From: Anabaena subtropica FACHB-260
GTDB lineage: Bacteria > Cyanobacteriota > Cyanobacteriia > Cyanobacteriales > Nostocaceae
DNA: 32,000 nt
Assembly: GCF_014697105.1 (NCBI RefSeq)
Contig: NZ_JACJRF010000012.1
Span: 98,930 to 130,929, forward strand
Direction: 5' to 3'
Positions 25,132 to 32,000 of this stretch are shown here, in pieces. The translations under genes and the position numbers were made by a program. How positions within the stretch are numbered: position 1 is the stretch's first letter; every line of letters begins with the position of its first letter. The notes beneath the pieces were generated by a model. The model saw only the letters and a program-made list of their open reading frames with translations, made no database searches and was not told the origin of the DNA.

Positions 25132-28100
25132 ATGAATAATCAAACCAATAACTCTGAACTAGATCGGTTAATTCCTCCTGAAATAAAGAATGATGAATTT
25201 TATGCTGCTATTCAAAGGATTGCTAGAGAAGAAGATATTAAAACAGTTTTAGAAATCGGTTCGTCTTCAGGTGAAGGAAGTACAGAAGCATTTGTTACAG
25301 GATTAAAAGATAATCCTAACAAACCAATACTGTTTTGTATGGAGGTTTCAAAGGTTAGATTTACCGAATTAAAAAATAATTACAAAAATCAAGATTTTGT
25401 AAAAGTTTATAATGTTTCTTCTGTACCTTTAGATTGTTTTGCTGATGAACAAGAAGTTATTGATTTTTATTATACTACTGACAATAAATTAAAAAATTAT
25501 CCATTAGAAATGGTTATTGATTGGCTCAAACAAGATATTGAATATGTAAATAAATCGGGATTGTCTGAAAATGGCATAAAAAAAATCAAGATTGAAAACA
25601 ATATAGAATTATTTGATTTAGTATTAATTGATGGCTCTGAATTTACTGGTAATTCTGAATTAGATGAAGTCTATGGAGCTAAATATATTTTTTTAGATGA
25701 TATAAATACATTTAAAAATTATAATAATTTTAAGCGATTACTTGAAGATGATAATTACGCTTTGATTGGCTGGAATGATAACGTCCGTAATGGATATGCA
25801 ATTTTTAAACAAAAAAGTGTTCCACCGATATCATACAGCACTATTCATCATGCAGTTGTGTCCCTAAAAGGGTTCATGATTGATGGTCAAGAAGAATATC
25901 TTTTCAATAAAGTTAAATCTCTCCCAGAAGATGCTGTAATCGTGGAAATTGGCTCTTTTAAAGGTCGCTCAACAGTTGCAATGGGTTATGCTTGTATAGG
26001 AACCAATAGAAAAATTTATGCTATTGATACATGGGATGGAAATGATTCTGATTTTACTGAACGCCAATTTTTTGACATTTGGCAACACAATATAAAAGCT
26101 AATGGGCTTGAAGAATATGTCATTCCGTTAAAAGGTTACTCTTATCAGGTCTTAAAAAAGTGGCATCAATTAACAAATAATAAAGCGATTGATTTTATTT
26201 TTATTGATGGTTCTCATCAGTATCTAGATGTTTTAAAAGATTTTGAAATGTCATTTCCACTAGTAAAAGAAAGTGGTTGGATGGCATTTCATGATGTAAT
26301 AGAGACTTGGCCTGGTTCGGAACGTGCATGGCATAAGACAGCTAAATATTTTCTTGATAACCATGAATATTGCTCAAGTATTGCCTGTGGTCGGAAAACA
26401 TTAACTGGCGCAAATAATTCATTATCAACAATACCTATCCACTTTTTCACTATTGTTCTGAACGGACAACCATTTATCCGTTATCACATCGATATTTTTA
26501 AACAGCTACCTTTTAAATGGCATTGGCATATTATTGAAGGTGTAGCAGATTTAAAACATGACACTAGTTGGAGTGTGCAATTAGGTGGGCATATTAGTGA
26601 TGAAGTTCATAGAAATGGACGTAGTTGTGACGGAACTACAGAATATATAGATGAATTAGTACAACTCTATCCAGAAAATATCACCGTTTATCGTCAACCA
26701 GAGGGTGTTTTTTGGGATGGAAAGCGGGAAATGGTGAATGCACCATTGGCAAATATTCAAGAAGAATGTTTGTTGTGGCAAGTGGATGTTGATGAACTAT
26801 GGACGTTAGAGCAGATTTGTACTGCTAGAGAAATGTTCATTAGTAACCCAGATAAAACAGCTGCTTTCTATTGGTGTTGGTACTTTGTTGGCGAAAAGTT
26901 AATTATTAGCACTCGTAACTGTTACGCACATAATCCTCAGCAAGAGTGGTTAAGAACTTGGCGATTTAAACCAGGATATATTTGGGCTGCACACGAGCCA
27001 CCTGTATTAGTAGAACCGTTAGCAGATAATGAGTATAAAAATTTAGCTGCTGTTAATCCTTTTCTGCATCCAGAAACAGAAGCATATAATTTAGTATTCC
27101 AGCATTTTGCTTATGTCACACCAGAACAATTAAGCTTTAAAGAAAAATACTATGGTTATAAAAATGCTGTTGAACGATGGAGTAATTTACAAGAAAACAG
27201 TAAATTTCCTATTTTATTAAGAGAATATTTTCCTTGGGTTTACGATGAAACTCAAGTAGATACTGTAAATAACTCTGGAATAGTTCCGATTGCTCAAAGA
27301 GACGAAAACGATAAAAGCTGGCGATTTTTACAACCAGAAGAAGTACAACAAAAAATTAATCAAATCAGTAAACCATCACCGATTATTCTCATTGATGGAA
27401 TATTTTTTCAACTTTATCAAACTGGGATTGCTCGTGTTTGGAAATCTCTTTTGGAAGAATGGTCAAATAAGGAGTTCGCCAAACATATTATATTCATTGA
27501 CCGGGCTGGAACTGCTCCTAAAGTGTCTGGAATTAAGTATTTAAACTTACCTCGTTATAACTATAAAGATAGTAATCGTGAACGAGAACTGTTACAGCAA
27601 GTATGTGATCAAGAGGGTGTAGATTTATTTATTTCATCTTACTACACAACGCCAATCACAACACCTTCTGTATTCATGGCTTATGACATGATTCCAGAAG
27701 TCATGAAATGGGATATGAGTAATCCCATGTGGCAAGATAAACACCAAGCAATAGAACACGCATCTGCTTATATAGCTATTTCTAAAAATACAGCATTTGA
27801 TTTGACAAAGTGCTTTAATCAAATATCTTTAGAATCAGTTATTTTAGCGTATTGCGGTGTTAGTAGCACCTTTGTGCCATCCACATTGGATGACATCAGT
27901 ATTTTCAAGACAAAGTATGGCATTACCAAGCCTTACTTCTTATTACCTGGTGTTGGTTCTGGATATAAGAATAGTATTTTATTCTTCCAAGCTTTTTCAC
28001 AACTTGTGAGTAGCTATGGTTTTGATATTGTGGTTACAGGTGGCGGAGGTGGATTAGATGCTCAGTTTAGAAACTACACATTTGGTAGTATGGTTCATAC

Positions 28101-28866
28101 TTTACAACTGAGTGATGAAGAGTTAGCAATAGCTTACTCTGGTGCTGTGGCTGTAGTTTATCCTTCCAAATATGAAGGTTTTGGGATGCCTGTAATCGAA
28201 GCAATGGCTTGTGGTTGTCCTGTGATTACCTGTCCTAACGCCTCAATTCCAGAAGTGGCAGGAGAAGCAGCAATTTATATCAATGATGATGATATAGATG
28301 GATTAGCAAATGCACTATGTGAAGTACAAAAACCTGTTATTCGTCAATCATTAATTACTGCTGGTTTAGCCCAAGCGCAAAAATTTTCTTGGTCAACAAT
28401 GGCAGAAATTGTCAGTTCTACTTTAATTAATACAACTCTTTTATCATTAAATTTAAGAGAAATTAACTTAATTATTTTCCCTGATTGGCAAGAGTCGGAA
28501 GATTTAATAGGTTTAGAGTTGATGCAGATAATTAAGACACTAGCAACTCATCCTGATAGTCACAAAACTACTTTATTGATTGATACCACTAATTTTGTAA
28601 CCGAAGATGCTGAGTTGTTGTTATCTAGTGTGACTATGAATCTTCTGATGGAAGAAGACTTAGATATTACTAATGGAATAGAAATTTCTTTGGTGGCAAA
28701 TTTATCTGAGATTCAGTGGAAAACTTTATTACCTCGCATTCATGGCAGAATTACTCTAGAACATGAAAATCAAGAAGCACGGATACAAGTAAAAGCAGAA
28801 AATCTCACATCTTATGAACTAGCAAGTTTTAGCCAAGTACGCGAGGAAGAGTTTTTTTTTACCTAA
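25132..28866 (+). CDS. Multidomain glycosylation enzyme: two class-I SAM methyltransferase-like domains, a GT-A-like domain, a GT4/GT1 (GT-B) glycosyltransferase domain and a C-terminal IIFPDW domain
   Basis: 1244-aa ORF. MT motif I-like [12 protein letters not shown] (~aa 40) and [13 protein letters not shown]...[10 protein letters not shown]...FHDV (~aa 270-390). GT-A-like [13 protein letters not shown]...WQVDVDELW (~aa 435-555). GT-B EX7E region [23 protein letters not shown] (~aa 1010). The tail is [13 protein letters not shown]... Confidence 0.9.
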   Translation: MNNQTNNSELDRLIPPEIKNDEFYAAIQRIAREEDIKTVLEIGSSSGEGSTEAFVTGLKDNPNKPILFCMEVSKVRFTELKNNYKNQDFVKVYNVSSVPLDCFADEQEVIDFYYTTDNKLKNYPLEMVIDWLKQDIEYVNKSGLSENGIKKIKIENNIELFDLVLIDGSEFTGNSELDEVYGAKYIFLDDINTFKNYNNFKRLLEDDNYALIGWNDNVRNGYAIFKQKSVPPISYSTIHHAVVSLKGFMIDGQEEYLFNKVKSLPEDAVIVEIGSFKGRSTVAMGYACIGTNRKIYAIDTWDGNDSDFTERQFFDIWQHNIKANGLEEYVIPLKGYSYQVLKKWHQLTNNKAIDFIFIDGSHQYLDVLKDFEMSFPLVKESGWMAFHDVIETWPGSERAWHKTAKYFLDNHEYCSSIACGRKTLTGANNSLSTIPIHFFTIVLNGQPFIRYHIDIFKQLPFKWHWHIIEGVADLKHDTSWSVQLGGHISDEVHRNGRSCDGTTEYIDELVQLYPENITVYRQPEGVFWDGKREMVNAPLANIQEECLLWQVDVDELWTLEQICTAREMFISNPDKTAAFYWCWYFVGEKLIISTRNCYAHNPQQEWLRTWRFKPGYIWAAHEPPVLVEPLADNEYKNLAAVNPFLHPETEAYNLVFQHFAYVTPEQLSFKEKYYGYKNAVERWSNLQENSKFPILLREYFPWVYDETQVDTVNNSGIVPIAQRDENDKSWRFLQPEEVQQKINQISKPSPIILIDGIFFQLYQTGIARVWKSLLEEWSNKEFAKHIIFIDRAGTAPKVSGIKYLNLPRYNYKDSNRERELLQQVCDQEGVDLFISSYYTTPITTPSVFMAYDMIPEVMKWDMSNPMWQDKHQAIEHASAYIAISKNTAFDLTKCFNQISLESVILAYCGVSSTFVPSTLDDISIFKTKYGITKPYFLLPGVGSGYKNSILFFQAFSQLVSSYGFDIVVTGGGGGLDAQFRNYTFGSMVHTLQLSDEELAIAYSGAVAVVYPSKYEGFGMPVIEAMACGCPVITCPNASIPEVAGEAAIYINDDDIDGLANALCEVQKPVIRQSLITAGLAQAQKFSWSTMAEIVSSTLINTTLLSLNLREINLIIFPDWQESEDLIGLELMQIIKTLATHPDSHKTTLLIDTTNFVTEDAELLLSSVTMNLLMEEDLDITNGIEISLVANLSEIQWKTLLPRIHGRITLEHENQEARIQVKAENLTSYELASFSQVREEEFFFT

Positions 28867-29078
28867 GTCAGAAATTATACAGTGAGGGCAGATGGCAAGA
28901 AGCGATCGCCCCATTTCAAAAACTGATAGAATTAAACCAAGGTAGTGCAGATATTTACTGGAATTTAAGCCAGTGCTACAGAAATTTAAACTTACTAGAT
29001 CAATATTTTCAAACTCTAGAGCAAGGAATCCAAAATCACCCTACAGACGCTCGGCTATACTTTACCTTAATTATTGAT

Positions 29079-30533
29079 TTGCGGCGCAATGGACGTACTC
29101 AAGAAGCAATTGAGTATGCAGAGAAAGCTTGCCAATATTTACCAAATGATTATACTTTTCAAATCCTCAAATATTTAACAGTTCCGACTATTTATAATAC
29201 CCCAGAAGAAATATTATTGTATCGTCAACGCTATAGTCAAGGTTTACAAAATTTAATTGCACAAACCTGTCTGCAAACTATTGAAGACAAACAAAATGCT
29301 TTGTCTGGTATTAGTAGACTGACGAATTTTTATCTATCTTATCAAGCTCAAAATGATGTAGATTTACAACGCCAATACGGAAAGTTAGTCTATGAAATTA
29401 TGTCAGCTAACTTTCCTCAATGGATAGTTCCTTTATCCATGCCTAAACTTGAACCACATCAGAAAATTCGGATTGGTTATGCTTCCCATTACCTGCATTC
29501 TTATAGTGGTACATTATGGTTAACTGGTTGGTTAAAATACTGTAATCATAACAACTTTGAAATTTACTGTTATTACACAGGTAATGAACCAGATGCAATA
29601 ACAGATAAATTTAGAGAATATAGTGATTGCTTCTACCATATTCCTTATAATTTATCGGCTGTTTGTGAACAGATAATCGCTGATAAATTACATATTTTAG
29701 TTTATCCTGAAATTGGCATGAATCCTCAAAGTATGCTGATGGGGGCTTTGCGACTTGCGCCTGTACAATGCGTAGCTTGGGGACATCCAGTTACAACTGG
29801 TTTATCTACAATTGATTACTTTTTATCTAGTGAGTTAATGGAAGCTGAAAATGCTCAAGAACATTATTCAGAAAAATTAATTCGCTTACCTAATATTGGA
29901 GTTTCTTACCCTAAACCATACATACCACCAGTTCTAAAAAATCGTGATGAATTTGGTTTGTCAGATAATGATATTCTCTATTTATGCTGTCAAGCACCGT
30001 TTAAATATTTACCACAATATGATTTTATTTTTGCGGAAATAGCGTCTCGTGTACCGCAAGCTAAATTTATATTTTTGCGTGGTACTTTGCTTCAAGAAAG
30101 ACTAAAAAAAGCTTTTGGGGCTTTGGGGCTAAAATTTGAGGATTATTGCGTATTTTTGAATATTCCCGAAAGACTAGATTATCTGATGATTAACTTACTG
30201 TCAGATATTTATCTAGATACGTTTACATGGTCTGGTGGTAATACTACCTTAGAAGCGATCGCTTGTAATCTTCCTATAGTGACTTGTCCTGGTGAATTTA
30301 TGCGTGGTCGTCACTCTGACAGTTTTTTAAAAATGTTGGGGGTGACAGATACTATTGCTCAAAATGAAGCAGAGTATATTGAAATCGCTGTTAAATTAGG
30401 GCAAAATCCAGCTTGGCGACGGGATATTTCAGAACGCATTAGCCAACGTCATGACCAATTGTTTGATGACAAAGTTTGTGTTGCGGGTTTGGAAGCTTTT
30501 TATAGACAGGTTGTTGTGGAATTAAGTTCGTAG
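29079..30533 (+). CDS. TPR plus GT41 (SPINDLY/O-GlcNAc-transferase-like) glycosyltransferase. The track start (TTG 29079) is probably wrong: the frame is open from 28833 and TPR-like sequence begins at ~28860.
   Basis: GT41-type C-terminal catalytic region: RIGYASHYLHSYSGTLWLTGW, LRLAPVQCVAWGHPVTTGLSTIDYFLS, LIRLPN and LDTFTWSGGNTTLEAIACNLPIVTCPGEFMRGRHS. My translation of the same frame upstream gives [74 protein letters not shown], with no ATG or GTG in it. Confidence 0.8.
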   Translation: MRRNGRTQEAIEYAEKACQYLPNDYTFQILKYLTVPTIYNTPEEILLYRQRYSQGLQNLIAQTCLQTIEDKQNALSGISRLTNFYLSYQAQNDVDLQRQYGKLVYEIMSANFPQWIVPLSMPKLEPHQKIRIGYASHYLHSYSGTLWLTGWLKYCNHNNFEIYCYYTGNEPDAITDKFREYSDCFYHIPYNLSAVCEQIIADKLHILVYPEIGMNPQSMLMGALRLAPVQCVAWGHPVTTGLSTIDYFLSSELMEAENAQEHYSEKLIRLPNIGVSYPKPYIPPVLKNRDEFGLSDNDILYLCCQAPFKYLPQYDFIFAEIASRVPQAKFIFLRGTLLQERLKKAFGALGLKFEDYCVFLNIPERLDYLMINLLSDIYLDTFTWSGGNTTLEAIACNLPIVTCPGEFMRGRHSDSFLKMLGVTDTIAQNEAEYIEIAVKLGQNPAWRRDISERISQRHDQLFDDKVCVAGLEAFYRQVVVELSS

Positions 30534-30831
30534 TGAACACTGTAGTACCTATCTAAGGCTTCCGTGAGTTCAGCATCATGAGCTGCTAGGTTATGCAGTG
30601 ATTGATATGAGTTAATGGTTAATTAGCCAAGCATAAGCTAGAGTTAAATCACTATACCTCTTATATCGCTTTGCTTTGGCGTATTCGTAGGATGCTAATT
30701 AACATCTTGTTGTTAATCAATTGCTTCTTGTATCATAATACCTCTATGCCGCTATAACGGTAATGTAGTTTATCAACACATAGAAAGAAAAAGCTTTCAA
30801 GTTTCGAGACAATTACTGTGGGCAATAAATT

Positions 30832-31455
30832 ATGACTCAAGCCTTACGGAAACTAGTAACCTTTGAAGATTTTGCAGCGTGGCGGACTGAAGGCAGAAGA
30901 TATGAATTACATGATGGTGTGATTGTTGAAATGGCACAACCAGCAGGCGACCATGAAGATGTTGTGGGTTTTTTGGCACTAGAAATATCTGTTGATATCA
31001 AGCGTTTAAATTTACCTTATTACATCCCAAAAACTGTATTAGTCAAGCCACTTGAAGGTGAATCAGCTTATTCACCAGACATATTAATAATCAATCGACC
31101 CAATTTAGTGAATGAACCTTTGTGGAAAAAGGAATCGACTGTATCTTACTCTGCATCTATTCCATTAGTTGTTGAAGTTGTTAGTACTAATTGGCGAGAT
31201 GATTATTACAAAAAATTAGCTGATTATGAAGCTATAGGTATTCCTGAATATTGGATTATAGATTACGCCGCTATAGGTGCTAGAAAGTTTATCGGCAATC
31301 CCAAACTGCCTACTATATCCATTTATCAATTAATCGATGGTGAATACCAAGTTACTCAATTTAGAGATGATGCCCATATTGTCTCACCTACTTTCCCCGA
31401 ATTGAATTTAACCGCCAAACAAATTTTTCAAGCTGGAAGTCTGTCAAGGCGCTAA
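30832..31455 (+). CDS. Uma2-family (DUF820) endonuclease
   Basis: 207-aa ORF with a PD-(D/E)xK-like core typical of Uma2: YELHDGVIVEM, SPDILII, PLVVEVVS and YEAIGIPEYWIIDY. Confidence 0.88.
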   Translation: MTQALRKLVTFEDFAAWRTEGRRYELHDGVIVEMAQPAGDHEDVVGFLALEISVDIKRLNLPYYIPKTVLVKPLEGESAYSPDILIINRPNLVNEPLWKKESTVSYSASIPLVVEVVSTNWRDDYYKKLADYEAIGIPEYWIIDYAAIGARKFIGNPKLPTISIYQLIDGEYQVTQFRDDAHIVSPTFPELNLTAKQIFQAGSLSRR

Positions 31456-31516
31456 GAGCATGGTTTGAACTAAATGTAGGGGTTTAAGTCCCCGGCTTCT
31501 ATAAAGCCGCAAGGTT

Positions 31517-31657
31517 AGTAGGGTGCGTCAGTATGAATAATTTCTTGGTACAGCTAGGTTTTCTTGCACTGACGCACCGTCTCACGGATGGTGCGTTACG
31601 GCTAAATTGTTTTGTCTCTAATTCCCAAATCCTTTCATAGCCGTAACACACCCTACT
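31517..31657. mobile_element. MITE-like element of the AGTAGGGTG...CACCCTACT family
   Basis: Termini are AGTAGGGTGCGTCAGT... and ...CCGTAACACACCCTACT. Internal self-complementary segments include ACTGACGCACC and GGTGCGTTACGGC. It is related to 3061-3142. Confidence 0.45.
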
Positions 31658-31777
31658 TAAGATTTACTTTATAAGAGGAAAATCCAGTTAAAAAATGTTT
31701 TATAAGTTGTCAACGGTACTGATTACAATGCTTGGTCATTTATCGGACAGTTGATGAGTAAACAATACCATATAAAA

Positions 31778-31815
31778 AAGTATTAACTTTATTTTTAAAA
31801 ATAAAGTTAATACTT
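31778..31815. terminator. Perfect 19+19-bp AT-rich palindrome between convergent genes; bidirectional terminator candidate
   Basis: AAGTATTAACTTTATTTTT (31778-31796) is the exact reverse complement of AAAAATAAAGTTAATACTT (31797-31815). A and T runs lie on both sides. Confidence 0.45.
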
Positions 31816-31883
31816 GGTTGAGAAAGTTTGTAGTAAAGGATAAAGCACTTAGTGATGTCTAATGTTGAAGACTAAAGCCCTCA

Positions 31884-32000
31884 CTACGAACTCATGTATA
31901 TTTCCCACATTTGGGTGTAAGCATTCTCCATTTCGCGGGTGAACTGCTTACCATTCCATAGCGGTGATGTTTTTCTTGATTGTTTCAACTTCCAAGCTAT
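31884..32000 (-). CDS. C-terminal 38 codons of a second GT41/SPINDLY-like protein (5' part outside the window)
   Basis: My minus-strand translation from position 32000 gives IAWKLKQSRKTSPLWNGKQFTREMENAYTQMWEIYMSS, then a stop (TAG at 31886-31884). The pattern SPL(F/W)..K.FTR.(L/M)E.AY..MW is the usual C-terminus of bacterial TPR-GT41 proteins. Confidence 0.5.
   Translation of the reverse strand: MAWKLKQSRKTSPLWNGKQFTREMENAYTQMWEIYMSS

Noticed and set aside
28852-28860. The T9 run as the T-tract of an intrinsic terminator for the 1244-aa gene
   Set aside because: There is no GC-rich stem-loop immediately upstream (…AGCCAAGTACGCGAGGAAGAG has no self-complementarity). An open TPR-encoding frame also continues straight through it.
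1-32000. Search by eye for tRNA, rRNA, tmRNA, CRISPR repeats, integrase or transposase genes
   Set aside because: I found no T-loop GTTCGAATC-type motif with a matching acceptor stem, no rRNA-like segments, no repeat-spacer array and no recognisable recombinase ORF. The absence is by visual inspection only and should be confirmed with tRNAscan-SE, Infernal or ISfinder.

Overview
The window looks like chromosomal DNA from a filamentous (Nostocales-type) cyanobacterium. Evidence: many HIP1 octamers (GCGATCGC), STRR-type heptamer runs, dense small hairpin and MITE-like repeats, and typical gene content. I support about 25 protein-coding genes. They include an edge-truncated M1 aminopeptidase, an AI-2E transporter, a secreted internally duplicated protein, a CPBP protease, a TM2 protein and a Cu(I) P-type ATPase. 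Next come a two-gene NB-ARC/TPR (NLR-like STAND NTPase) module, a PIN toxin-antitoxin pair and a DUF433 remnant. Further on are an FHA protein, a rhomboid-fold protein, a Hanks kinase with TPRs, an aldehyde dehydrogenase and a cyclase/formamidase-like protein. The last part holds a large glycosylation locus (a 1244-aa protein with two methyltransferase and two glycosyltransferase domains, then a TPR-GT41 protein), a Uma2 endonuclease and a second GT41-like C-terminus at the right edge. I saw no rRNA, tRNA or CRISPR array. The most interesting signals are these. (1) In the 10.9-13.5 kb module, a small helical protein and the very short N-terminus of the NB-ARC-TPR NTPase share a short motif, which suggests an amyloid/BASS-like NLR signalling or defence pair. 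(2) Directly downstream lie ten perfectly phased 21-bp tandem repeats made of two alternating palindromes spaced 10.5 bp apart. (3) A T9 run sits exactly where the 1244-aa ORF stops and a start-less TPR-GT41 frame continues in the -1 frame. (4) The rhomboid homologue has all three catalytic or oxyanion residues substituted. (5) A 146-bp MITE has a perfect 10-bp target-site duplication that contains the stop codon of the aldehyde dehydrogenase. All domain calls rest on motif recognition by eye; no database search was possible.
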